Shown here one piece after another: positions 27,424 to 40,264 of a DNA stretch of 64,000 bases (the first letter of the stretch is position 1; each line of letters opens with the position of its first letter). Position numbers and translations under genes: made by a program. A model generated the notes under the pieces. The model made no database searches, was not told the DNA's origin, and worked only from the letters and a program-made list of their open reading frames with translations. The DNA is from Vicugna vicugna (lineage: Eukaryota): assembly GCA_013265495.1 (NCBI GenBank), contig MU058384.1, positions 4,327,239 through 4,391,238 of the forward strand, given 5' to 3'.

Positions 27424-27625
27424 CAGTGGTCAGAAATCTTTTTCTATACTATGTTAGGCTTTGGAAATCATTTGGTCTCTAACAGAACTGCATAACTCTA
27501 CCAATGTAGTGTGAAAACAGCCTTAGACATTATATAAATGAATGGGCATGGTTACAGTCTAGTAAAACTTAACAAAACAGGTGACAGGCCAGTTTTAGCC
27601 CATTGGTTGGTATTTGATAACTTTT
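27424..27625 (+). mobile_element. MER58A MITE nested in the L1
   Basis: cagtggtcagaaa...ttaggctttg...cagccttagaca...aaatgaatgggcatgg...acaaaacaggtgacaggcca. Confidence 0.8.
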
Positions 27626-27768
27626 AATCTATAGCAAAAGAAAAAAAAAAACCCACATTGAACTACAGCTGGGTACAACAGCATGGATGAATCTTACAGA
27701 CAGTGTTGAGTTAAAGAAGGCAGACAGAAAAAGAAGATACTCTTTGATTCCATTTATAAAAATTTCAA

Positions 27769-27912
27769 CTAACTTACTATTTTTTTTATGTGGGAGGTAA
27801 TTAGGTTTACTTATTAACTCCCTTTTTTTTTAGAGGAGGTACTGGGGATTGAACCCAGGACCTTGTTGATGCCAAGCATATGCTCTACTACTGGAGCTAT
27901 ACCCTTCCCCAT
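27769..27912 (-). mobile_element. Camelid tRNA-derived SINE (Vic-1 type)
   Basis: Reverse complement GGGGAAGGGTATAGCTCCAGTAGTAGAGC...GGGTTCAATCCCCAGTACCTCC...CCTAATTACCTCCC; perfect 18-bp TSD CATTTATAAAAATTTCAA at 27751-27768 and 27913-27930. Confidence 0.92.
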
Positions 27913-30409
27913 CATTTATAAAAATTTCAAAGTTAGGAGATGGTGATAGAAGTCAGTGAGTCAGTATGGATCTTTGGGAGGTGATGTCTGGGAGGAGGTA
28001 GGAGAGAATTTGTTTATATTTTCTGTGTGGTTTTACATGACTGTGTTAACTTTGTAAAAATTAATGAGGTCTACACTTCAAAACTGGATATTTATCAGAA
28101 TGCAAGCTATGTTTCAATAAAAAAGTAAGAAAAACATTTTCTATCTAAATAAATCAATAGCTAAATGAACTAATAGCAGAAGAATTAGAATTGCCAATAA
28201 ATATGCAAACAACAATTTTAATTGTTGAGGGATACCAGGCTATTGATAAATATAATCTTGGACACAAGTACACATATTAGTTCGTATTTACTAATGTTAA
28301 ATAAATACACTAATTAAAAACTTGCTGTTTTAGAGATGCTAACATTTGAAACTGATCTTCCAACAAGCTTTCCCTATAAGAAAGTAAAAAGACATGCATA
28401 GTCACACTGTTTCTTTTCTTTCTTTCTGTTTTTTAAACAGTACAATTGCTACAGGGGAAAAATCCTTTATTTATTGTAAGGGTCCAAAAATTATCACACC
28501 TCTGTGTGGTTACACATTTAACACCTGACCCTGAACTTATGGAGTCCAGGCAGGTGGACTATGTTGGGAGAAATTACTGTTTCCTTCTCTTACTTGACTC
28601 TCAAAGCTGTTTTCAACCTTAAACTTCTATGAAAGCAACATCTGAAAAAACTAAGTTCCTTCAAGTACTGAGAGATTTGCTTAAGACTCTGATGACCAAG
28701 TTCCAAAAAATACCTGCTAAGTTATCCACAACATGATTACAATCATTCATACACCATTGCCAGAAACATCTTGGCATTTCATTATTAACCATCTTATAAA
28801 CACGATCCATGAAAGAAGAGAGAGTTCCTGATACAAAAGGTGAAACAGAGGACAGAATAAGGTAACTTTCACAATGACTGCCTGGTGGAATTAATTATTA
28901 ACAAGTTCATTCTATAAAGAATGTATTAATTTAGGAATACAGTGTTAAACTTTTCCTGAGAAATATGGAAAATGTATTTTTGAATTCAATATCTACTTCC
29001 AAAATGTTCAACTATTTTTCCAAATATTTAGTTTTCTAAAAGAAGACAAAATATTAAAATGCATTGTCTTGACATTGCAATATAATTTTAGAAAGGAACT
29101 TTGAATAGAAATTCTTCATAAATTTACCATATATACTGCAAAAACTCTCAGATTTGTAGTTTATGATGATCACTGAATGACAAAGATACCGATGTTCCCT
29201 GATCTTATGGAATTCCAATAAGCATTTCTGGCATTATTTTATTATATTTAAGAATGGGAAGGCCTCTTTCAGAAATGATATTTTCCACTATGCCACATAG
29301 AACTAGTATCCTCAGAGTCCAGAATTTAAAGATAAAATGACAATATGTAAGATTTCATAATTTTAACTGCCTCATGAAGTTACAAGTCACACAAAATTTT
29401 AAATGTTGACTGTAAACCAAAGATATTAAACTCAAACGTGGTTGACTACCTAAAAGGAGGCAAGAGCAAATTCTTTGCATTTGCTTATTGTTATATATAA
29501 CATGTTTCTAGATTTGCCTTTAAGATTTCTGCAGTAAAATAAATCAGTAGTTTTGATAGTGTCCAAGCTAGCATCACAAAATCTGAACACTTTCATCAGT
29601 TTGTCGGATATGAAAGTTTTGAGCTTATGGAAACAGATTTCTCTACCACCAGTTAGCTCTCTTTTTGAAATGGCTCTCCTGGCAGGTTAATAAAATATCT
29701 TTTGGCACTTAGATATGACAAAGAAATGTTATAGTTCAAAGAGAGCAATTGATCTAATGGGAGCAAATGTTTATTTTACCTAAAATTATCTTTCTGTGTA
29801 TCTTTTATAATATACATTACTTTGTCTCATTCTTTGAAAATTTCTATATCCTGTGAATGTTTATAATCTATACACACTGGAAAACACTGTATACTTATAG
29901 CTGGCAAGGCAGGTGGTTTGAGATTGACAGGTTGGGACTTCTTAGCCATCATGAATAATTTGTCTGTTAAAAAGATATAAATTTACAATGACATACAATT
30001 ATAATCTGTATTCTTTCCAATACGAAGTCCAACATTGGTTTTGGGTCCATACTGAAATGACATAGTGTCTGGAACATTATTTAAAAAATACGATTTGACG
30101 TATACAAGGATTCCTAGAGGGACTCACCCTAAGGGCAAAAAGCCTTTGAAGGAAATGTGTGCGAGGGGAAAGGGAACAGAGGAGTAGTAGCTGAGGAGGA
30201 AGAGGCAGGGGTGGGCCCAGCTCAGGAGACACTGGTACTGTCAGAGCTCAAGTGGCTCAGCAGCGTTGGTCTCCCTGCCAACTGGGAGGTGTGGGTGGAG
30301 GCACCTCCTTTTAGGCCAAGACAAGTCAGAAAAGAGCCTTCTGGAGGCACCATGGGTCAGAGGAGAAGGTTGGGGATGAATACATAACCTTACACTTTTC
30401 TTGTATCTT

Positions 30410-30660
30410 CATTATGAATATTTTTGGTGCTCCTTTGGAGTTTTAAGCCAAGGCTAGGTGCCAGGGCTACAAAGATAAATAAGATGGGGACCTGCCACTT
30501 TGGAATATGCAGGCTAGATGGAGAAATGGAGGGATAATTCAATATTTACAGTGTAAGTGAGAGGGGCTTGTGCATTAGGGTCAAGGAAGACAGCCCCCTG
30601 AGTGCTGGAAGAGGAGACAGTTAAGGAGCAAATGGAAGGGAAGGGTGTTCGTGAACAGGG
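30410..30660 (-). mobile_element. L2 fragment
   Basis: ctaggtgccagggctacaaagataaataagatggggacctgcc..., the typical reversed L2 3' end. Confidence 0.6.
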
Positions 30661-30749
30661 AACAGTTACTTTTCTGAAATGTGTGTTTGGGACACACAGT
30701 TTGTGTTTGATGTATTTTTTAATGAATGGGGATTAAAATTTTAGTTCAC

Positions 30750-32475
30750 AAATTCCTTAGAACTGCTTTAAATAATACCCTTTTACCCCTCTCTAGTCAG
30801 TTCTTTCTTATTTCCTTCATTAATTTCAAACCTTTACCTTCCTCTTTCTGCTCACCTCCACTACTCCCCTCTTCACTCTCATCAGAATATCATGCTTTCC
30901 TCTTAAAAAGAAGGGCCACAATTAGATGTTAAGTCCTCTCAGTTCCCCTGAGATGTGGATCACCCTGACAGATGTGTCTCCATCCTTCCTCTTCCACGTC
31001 CACCCTCACTACCTTCTCTCGGTCACAGTGGGAGGCGGGTTTTAGGGTCACAGTTACTCCCTTTCTCTTTAGAAATATTCAACCACTTCCTCTTCTCGCT
31101 CTTTCCTCTCTGCATCAGACATTCTCCCATCTTTTCCATCTTAAGAACTCCTTCCAGGCACTGCCTTCCTTTCTCAGACAAATTTCTTGAGACAGTAGTG
31201 CCCCTCCTTGGTTCTCTTTATTTAGCTCCTTGCTGCCCTCCCCACTTCGCCCTTCCACTAGTTATGCTCTTGGTGATATTACCCTCAGGCTGTTAAGTCC
31301 AATGGACACTCGATCTCATTGAACCACTGTGATATTTCACATTTTTATCATGACCTTCCTTTGAAAGTCTTTTCTCTTGACCAAGATGATAGCACTCACT
31401 TTTGTTTTCCTTGTTTCTCTGTTTACTCATTCTTAAACTCCTACCTATATAAGCTTCTTTAGACTCCTCTTGACCCTGTCCATCCCTTTAGGGTGATGCT
31501 CCCAAGTGTTCTAAGATGCATCTCCATCTCACTCCCCACCTTCCCGAGGGTGATGGCATTGTTGATATGTTGTCGCTACTACCTACCAGCAAATTGCTCT
31601 TCTGAGCTCCAGACCCCCGACTGCAGCTAAGAATTCCTTGCATATCTCGAATTATGATGCCCAATTTTAACTTAGCATTTCCACCAACTGCAAATCTGAT
31701 TTTCTAATACAATCCACTAGGGGGAGGTGGGGGAAACAGCGTTTCTACCTGTTCTTTATCTATTTAACTCCGTTTCCTACACTCACGCCACTGCGAAGTG
31801 CCATCACTTTCTTTCAAAGTCTGCTGAATCTTGTACCTTCTCTTCTCCTTGACAGTGTCTCAGTTCAGGCACGACTCATCATTTCTTACTCATTATTGCT
31901 GTGGTTTCTTAAACTGGTCTCTTTCTTCAGTCATGTCCTTCTCCAGTGTGTTCTTTATTCTGGCCAGGAGATCCCTCAAAAACTTGATTCTCACTTTGTA
32001 GTTCCTCTGCTTAAACATCCTGAAATGGTCTTTGTCCTGTTATAAGGCCCTTTATAATCTGCCCCACCTTCCTCTCCACACTGATTATCTTACTGTTTCT
32101 TTCCTCTTATTCTGTTCTCCAGGCATAATGACTTACAGTTTCTCCAATTGAGCACATTAAGCTTCCTGTGCCTGCTGCTCCAGCTACCTAGCAATGCCAA
32201 TGCGTTTCCTACCAGGCTGCCCCTTTCCAGCCTCACAGGGCTGTGAGCCGCTTCTCTTTGACACTCAGCTCCTTATTACCACTCTCACAGGCTCATCCTG
32301 ACACAACTCCACCCTTCGCCTTCCCAGAAGACCCTGGCCCATGGTTTCTCATGCTATGTTGTCACTGTGTTGTTGTCCATGCCCCACTGGATTGGAAGCT
32401 TCTTGAGGGCAGGTACCAGAACTTCAACATCTTTGCATCCCTACGCTGGCTTCTTATGTGTTAATTTATTGATGC
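30750..32475 (+). mobile_element. Long diverged L2 LINE fragment
   Basis: C/T-rich L2 body with tcttctgagctccagacc, cctctgcttaaa and ccactggattggaagcttcttgagggcagg. Confidence 0.7.
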
Positions 32476-32494
32476 ATAAACCATATTTAGGGCG

Positions 32495-32690
32495 TCTTAG
32501 CAGGCAACATCTCTTCACTGAACACCTCATTTTATAACACCAGGACAACCCCTGGGCTGGAAGGGACATACGTTTTTATTGCCACTTTGCAGGAAAAAAA
32601 AAACTATAATCTGAAGTCTAAGAGATGAAGCAACTTCTGAAAAGTGCACAGTTAATTTTTCAGAGGTCAGACTAGAAAGTAAGTCTCTCC
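32495..32690 (-). mobile_element. MIR SINE
   Basis: cctcattt...acaacccct...ccactttgcagg...agagatgaagcaactt...aagtgcacagttaa. Confidence 0.55.
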
Positions 32691-35600
32691 AAGCTCATGC
32701 TGAATGTTAATAAATATTGATTTTATGGTATTCTATTGCTCTAAAAACTGACAATCTCTTTAATGATTTATAACAAGTTTTAACCAGCAACCTGACAATA
32801 GGAACACCCCTCTCTAAGCCACGGCAGGTAAGAAATTGCGTGCTTTACATTCCAATCAGCAGGAAAGGAATCAAATTCAAAACAAAAGCTGAGCCACTCA
32901 AAACTTCAAATTGTAAAATTAAACCTTGATAGAGAAGTTGGAGAAATTGAGGCAACAAAAATTGTAAATTACAAATTAAGGCCAAAAACAACCTCACTCT
33001 TAAAACAAGAGAAAGAAGAGGCACCAAGCTTTGCTGAGAACTCTTCTTTGAAAGTTTCTCTTCCCAGGATTTAGCACTTCCCAGACTGAGGTTAGCAAAT
33101 GAATCGAGAAGTGAATCAACATTGATCATTTTATGTCATTTCTTTAAATAATCTTAGCTCTTTGTACCTAAGCGTTTCATTAAACTTTGAAAAGTAAAAC
33201 CGTTTTAGTAACTGGCCGCACTTCATACACTAATTGTGCAATGAGAGATAATTTCTCTTCTAATTCCTTTCCCCTTTGGTATCAGTTCATTGCACCTAAT
33301 TAAGGTACACATCTTGCTCTACAGTTATATACCCTTTGATATAGTTATATAAACTTTGAGGTCTATTTGAACTTGAGAGAAATCTTATGGCTAAATTAAA
33401 AAAGAAAAAAAGAAAGAAGACAGGAATTAGCAGTTTTGAACTCCCTAAAGGTGAAGGAAAGAAGAAAGCAACATTTATTACAATTTGGTGCTTAACAGGC
33501 TCTACATTTGCCCCCTCTGACAGAATTTAAAGAAATAAATACTTAATACTCACTGCAGCCAGCTCTGCGGTACGTCTTTATTTACCTTCACATCCAACAC
33601 GAACTACTATTTCCCTGAATGTAGACAGGACTGCCTACTGGACACATACATGACAACAGTTTGCTCCCACATTAAAACTGCTTTGAATTCAGTGCTTCAG
33701 AGTAACTCCAAGTGAATTTTACACTTATGTCTCATTTGATGTAATAAGCCAGAAGCCCGAGTTTGGGGAGGATGGCTTGTTCATAGAAGTCATGAGGTAA
33801 ACAATGCAAAGCCTAACGATTGTGTTTTTCAGAATTATCTGAAGACACACCAGTTGGACAGAAGAAAACTGCACGTGGTGTGCCTGGCTACTGACCCGCT
33901 TCCCTATTCCATCTCAAATGTGCTGAAACCAGTGCATAGCTGGGATCCAGGCAGGTGCCCCAAACCTGGAGTGTGAGTGGAGGATGCCTTGGGGACATCA
34001 GAGGGGGTGCAGCTAGAACTTGACACCTTAAAGCTGTGACTGTCCCAGGTTGACCTCCATCAGGGATCTCAGTATTGGGATGGCATAAAGATCAGAGGTG
34101 AAGTTTTGGAAATGCAGACCATATATATTTGGCTTTCTTATTTGAAAATTTTGATTTATTTATAAACATGTAATATTATCTGCAAAAATATAAACCACAT
34201 TCATGACTGGCAACACTTAGAAAACTTGAGTCCCTTTAAATAGCAGAGACTCCTTATCCTTTACTGTTGGAGATACAAAGTTTTCTCAAGAAATGCTTTG
34301 GGAAGTTATAAAGGCATGATCACAGGTTCTTCTCCAAAGAAGCAACAAACGAATTAAGACCTCAGACAGTGGTGAAGTGGCGCTTTGTGGTTGCTGTTGT
34401 GTTAAATAGATGCCCTTTCCCGATTACATACAAGATGTGGTCTCAGTTTTAGTGAGTTACATGTTTACACCTTGAATTTCCCTTGTTTCTTTAAAGGGAA
34501 GAAGTCATCAACTTCACTTCCCTTTTCATTATCTTGCACAGGATTGCTGTGCAATGACAGACCTTGGGCTCCAGGTGAACACATGCTAATGGTGGGCTGA
34601 TCCATCTGTACTGGTATTCATAACAGTTTTATTTTGGTATAGTGAAAATTAAATGACTTAACTGATAAATAGATCTGATGTGGTCATGAGATGGTTTCCC
34701 AAGTCCAAAGCTGGGACATGTGGCTGGACAAAGGAATCATTTCTGTTTCCATCTCTGCCCCAACTCAATCTAGTTTGCATCCTGCACTATTAGCATTTTG
34801 AGGCATTTTCATGGTTAAGGAAAAGGAATACTGAATATTTGAAATGGATTTATGGATGCTATGCTATGTTCACTGTTCATGTGCTTCCAGTAATAATGTT
34901 CATTTTCCAGTGGATATGTTACTTTACAGCCACCATCTTAATTAAAATAAAACATATATGAACACAGCAACAGAGAGATTTAAAACACTAATTCAAGAAA
35001 ATAGGGAAGATCAGAAAACTAGGAAAATATGGTGTTTGTGTTTTTTTGTTTGGTTGGTTGGTTTTAGGTCATGAGCAACCTATGATTATTTATTATCTGA
35101 TTATCTTGAATTACAAATTACCAAGATATTCCCCTGTCTCTATTTATCTTGCTGCCTGCTTTTGAGTCATCTTACCAATAACCTAGGTTGCCAACATATG
35201 AGGCAGCCAGAGAAAATGGAAGAAGCTAAAATGAATCCTTTTTTCTTTTTTTGTGAGTACGGCTCAAAGTTGGAATAGACGAAGGTGAAATTTTAGTGAA
35301 AGTCAAATTTAAGGGTTATTTTTATTTATTCACACTACTGTTTTGTTCTATCACTATAATTACATAATGAAAAGCTCACTGAATGTAGTTTAGTGGCTTA
35401 AATAAGACATAAGCATTAGCTTTAAAATTTTACAGTTTAGAAACATTCATATCATGATTTGGACCATTTCTCACTTTGAGCTTAAGTGTATATTATATTC
35501 TCTGTACCAGTTTTCTAACCTATAAAATGAGGAAAATAACATCAACTTCATTTCTTAACAGAAAATGATATTTTAAAGAGTTTGTTATAGGCGCTGATGA

Positions 35601-36110
35601 TATATTATCTCACAAGAACAAAGGATTATTCTTTATAATGCTGCAATTTTATTACGAATCCAGTGTGGGTAACTATAGTGCTGACTTCAGTTTAGTTCAA
35701 ATGTGTATTTCTCCCAGGCATTGTAAGTGAGGACTTTGTGCTGTGATGTAAATATTTAGTTTACCTGCCTAGCTTATCGTCTCTAGTTTAGGAATTACAA
35801 CACGAGTCTTCTTACTTTTTCATCACAGTTGCCTGAACACAGGGAACTCAATTCTATTTTATGCTGATAATCCAAGAAAATTTTTGAAAGACTCAGAAGC
35901 ATGGTTCCCGACTTACTGACAGTTTTTAAAATCAAGACCTTTTTTCATCATCGAGTGTTCCGCATGTAAATGTGTTATAGTTGTCTATAAATCTGTAAAA
36001 GAGATCATTAACTTCTGCAATATGGAACAAGAGACAGCAGGCAATAGAACAATAGTAAGCCCACATGACATCAACATGCTTAATAGATTAAAAATGAGAA
36101 GTCTTCTTAC

Positions 36111-36171
36111 CTAGCATGCAAACACATTTGACATTCTGATCAGGGTTTTCAAACAAGATTTCGCCACACCT
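36111..36171 (-). CDS. PDE7B: PDE7B coding exon 2 (61 nt, phase 0 in, phase 1 out), encodes RCGEILFENPDQNVKCVCML(G)
   Basis: Minus strand reads ggcttcctttctcttgcAG|AGGTGTGGCGAAATC...TGCATGCTAG|GTAAGA, a canonical acceptor and donor. The translation matches the recalled PDE7B N-terminus MSCLMVE-RCGEILFENPDQNAKCVCMLG-DIRLRG except for A>V. Confidence 0.96.
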
Positions 36172-37129
36172 CTGCAAGAGAAAGGAAGCCATAGTTATTT
36201 TAAGATTTCATATCAGGATTCCCAAGGCGACATGTCCATGCAACCTGACATCACCATGACATTATTCTACTCTTCATGTTTTTGTCTGTTACCGAGTCTA
36301 GGGACTTATGTCATAAGCAGAGACTTTCCTAGTAGTAAAATATTTGAGAGACAAATTGGGGATAGACTGTTCTGCATGCCTCATGTCTGGTGTAGAGCTG
36401 ATTCTGTGGCTTCTGTCAGAAGTCATGGCCAGAGACGCACTAGCATCTAACGGTTTCAACTTCAAAGGAGGATATGCAGTCTATTAGATCTAATAATCTG
36501 AGGTTAATCACTCTCAAAATTGGTTCTTCAGGACCAAAATTATTCTAAACTACCTACTCTGCAATCGAGCAGATATTTTCAAGCACAAACCTAAGTGGCC
36601 TCCACTTAACTCTCTGAACTTGGGGACTCTGAACTCTCTGAACAAATAAGGAAATGATAAAGAAGTGGTATTCATAATGCTTTTCCAGAACCACTGACTC
36701 ATGGAAATATCAACTTTCTTATCTACATTTTTGCTTTAACTTGCTTGTTAAAATTTTTGTGCAGGGCAAACTCCAGAGATACAATCAGTTATTTAAGAAT
36801 AGATCACATTTATGCATGTGATTGACAAATGGTTACTACGTGAACAAATAAATACTCTTTGATCTAGCCAGCTCTCTGTCTCACAGTTTAACAGCGTCTG
36901 TGATGTACACTGAAAAATGTGTGATGAAGACCTACCACCTGTTTGCTTACAATTTCAGAGAAGAGCTCAAGCAAAAATCAGAAAAGAGGGGATGGGATGA
37001 CAAGGAGAGTTACAGACTATAGCTGCTACTTCAGGGGCTAGCAGCCCACTGAGTGTTTAACTTTTCATTTGTGTGCTTACCAGATGTGACATCTCCCTTC
37101 TACTGCACAGCTTGGTAAAGAGAATAAAT

Positions 37130-37860
37130 ATCATCAAATAAAAAACCAGTAAGAAAATAACAAATAATCCAATGGAAAAAGGGATAAAGGATATAAACAG
37201 GCAATTCATGGAGGAGGAAATCTGAATGGTCAATAAACAGAGAGAATATATTCAACCATACTAATGATCAGGGACTAGAAATCAGAGGTAAAATGTGGCC
37301 TATTTTAAACTCACTGATGTGGCAAAACTTAGAAATCCGGCAATAACAAGGCTTACAAATAATGCAGAGAAATGGATATCTTTTTCTAAATTGGTAACTA
37401 GGGAAGCTTTAATGTTCAGCTACAAAATAGATAAATAATATGTTATTCATACATTGGAATACTATATGGCAGTTAACATGAATTAATTAGAGCTACACAT
37501 AGTGTAACAATATATTATATGTATATAATATGCATATATAAATATGTAATATTCACATTATATAATACTCAAATCATATAAAATATATATAATGTTTAAA
37601 TCATGTAAAAGTATGATGTTAAGCAGAAAAAACTATTTTTTATGAAGTTCAAAATATCTAAAAAATAGCACATACTGTTTTTGGGTATATTAATTTACAT
37701 AAAAAGCATGAAAGCAGGCAATGAATAATAAATATCAAATTCAGGATAATGGAAAGGTATACGGAATAATGAAATGTTGGAGGGATTGTCAACTTTTTCT
37801 ATAATGATTTGCTCCTTAAATTATTCTCTGATCTGTTTTCTATGCTTGAATATTTCATAA
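37130..37860 (+). mobile_element. L1ME-type fragments with an AT-rich low-complexity insert (about 37505-37595)
   Basis: aataatccaatggaaaaagggataaaggatataaacaggcaattcatggaggaggaaat...catacattggaatactat. Confidence 0.7.
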
Positions 37861-40264
37861 GAAAGAACTGCCCCCCTTTGCAACACTCTGAACATAAAGA
37901 TTACCTTTCACATACTGCTTCTCTGCACCCATCTCCCGGGGGCTTATGGAAGCCATTTAGTAGTACCAAGCTGGACTTGTTTTCACCATTTAATTTCCTG
38001 TCTGTAGGAAGACCGAGGACATGCTACATTTGTCCATTTTCCTCTTTCACTGTTCACAACATGGTTAATTCCACCCCCATCAATCTTTATTGTACCTACA
38101 CTAAATTTATTATATGACAAAGTAATTTCTGGGAGAAACAATTCCCAGATGAGAGAATCTGCATTCCTTACACCTAAAGAAACCCTGTGGTACGCAGAGG
38201 CACAGGCTGAGAGGGGAAAGGATGACTCATTTATACTCAAATTAACCCATGATGACCTACATCGTGCACAGAGATGGACAACTGGCTCAGAACCACAAAA
38301 AGGAAGCCAGCTGCTAGCTTTTTTTGACTCCCTTTGGCAAGTCAAAAAAGTGAACTGTAGAGGAGGAAGTTTGGACACACCCAAAGGTTGCAAGAGGGCA
38401 CTGAATACTAACTGGAGAATACATATCATGAACTATTCCCGGCTACTCTGCTGAACTAAATATCACGTGATATTTATCATGCTATTTAATCTCTTCAGGC
38501 TTCATTTCTCTGTAAATAACATGAGGATGCTAATATATGCCAAGAAGCCAGATCAGAGAGCAAATGCGAGGATTAACGATCCGTGGAGTCTGATACGACT
38601 GTCTGTTTCTGTTTTGTTTGTGTTTTGGCAGTGGCTAAACCCTTTCAAATTGGTAGAATCCATTTCCTGCATTACCTGCTTTTTAAAAGTGGTATTATTT
38701 TATGACCTGAAAGAGTTAATTATTTTTAATCAAAAGATCAGAGGTTTCTGAAGTGTTTTCAGCTTCTTGGTAAAACAAGGATGCTCTCTCAATCCATATT
38801 CTGGGTCCTACAGGGAAATAACTCTGGAGCAATCCCTTAGCCTTTGTAAGTCCACACACGTGCTAGGATGGAAGAGCTTTCCTTCTTTAATTGCAGGGGC
38901 TTGCAGCAGATGGTGGCTAATTTCCCACAGCTACCCAAGCCCAAAGGCAAGTCTTATGCTTGCCCCTCAAAATGTAGATGGTGTGGGTGTTCCAAGGGGG
39001 CACTCTTTCCTGGATACTAACAAACCCAGGAGAAGTTTCTGAAACTCCCGTGAAACATGCATTCCTTGAAAGCCATGGCCTGCCTGGGTTCACTGACCAC
39101 ACAAGTTAATGACCAAGCAGCAACAGTGGGTGTGGTGGCTCTTCCAATGACCACGAGGCCATCCTCTTCCTTGTCTTCATCTCCCTGGCCATCTAAGGCA
39201 CCCCTAACTAGTGCTTGAATTGCCCTGCTTTATAAAGTTACCTGATGATGGCACCATATTTTAAAGCCATGCCCAGAAAGGAATCAGGACTTGAAAGGAA
39301 CCAGATGCTTTCTAGTGCTTTTCTCATTGATGCCAGTGTTTACAGGGCCTTTGCTGCCACGGTCCTGCTTGCTGTGCAACCCAGGGTGATGACCCAGTTC
39401 AGGAGATTAACTGAACCAAGCCACGGCTTCCTAGTCTCAGAAAACTGCAGGATATGCTGTGGGTTCCGTGCCTCCTTGGGTTCTCAGCTGCTGCAGCCCT
39501 CCTCCCTCTCTGTTCTACCTGGTTGTGTGTGCGGGGACTCCCTCACCCAGCACCCTGTTGGGGGATGACCCAGACCTTGATCCGGTTCTGATTACCAGGC
39601 TTCTATCTGATTCGAGGAATCTCATCTCTCCATAGAATCCCCATCTTTGTTTTGTCTTCTGTGCCTGAAATACTGAGACAAACTTGCCTTGTTTGTGCTC
39701 ATTTCTCCCAGCCAGCACTGCCCCTAAATAACAAGGCATAGCTATTGAAATCCGCATCCAAGGGGCTGGATCCTGCTAGCAATAGAGAGAGCCCCCAGCA
39801 AATCTCTCCTCCCACAGCACACAGGCTGTGCTACATGAACTCGTGTGTAATACCTATTGTTCTCATAGACCATGAAGAATCAAACCATTTTCATTGTTAG
39901 TGTTTTTAACTGCTTCATTATTATAACCTGGTGCTTTATCCATACCAGGCCCTTAGTAAGTATTTGTGCACTAGCTAAAATTTCTTTAGCCCTTACTGTT
40001 GGCTAAGCATTGTTCTAAGTGTTGTACCATCTCACACTCTCATACTCTTTTAAGAAAGTAGAAAGTTCAGGCATGGAGAGTGGCACTCGCTATAGAGTAC
40101 TTCACTCTAATGAGTAAGGGAATGAAAGCTGACAGCTTACCTGATTCTTGAACAGCTTTCCAAATACTGGCTACTGCTGGCCTCATTATTGCCTTGCCAA
40201 GTAGACTATGTCTATTTACATCCCCTTTTCTTACTCATGAGCCACTCTTGTTTGCAAGAGTTGC

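Larger units (their letters stand above)
27150..28125 (+). mobile_element. Old L1M (MD/ME-like) 3' fragment hosting two later insertions
   Basis: gtaaattggtatagtcactttggaaaac...aagacatgtacaagaatgttcatag...catggatgaatctt...ttcaataaaaaag. Confidence 0.8.
1..36110 (-). other. PDE7B: PDE7B intron 2 (5' portion)
   Basis: Downstream of the exon 2 donor. The next exon (DIRLRGQTG...RRGSYPF) was not found in the window. Confidence 0.85.

Noticed and set aside
36130..36132. Val where I recall Ala in human PDE7B (DQNVKC against DQNAKC)
   Set aside because: A conservative change, and I recall Val at this position in mouse, so it is unlikely to be a camelid novelty.
37809..39102. Cluster of 90-148 aa ORFs on both strands upstream of exon 2
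   Set aside because: No similarity to PDE7B or any family I recognise, partly overlapping L1 and MIR remnants, and no supporting exon structure.
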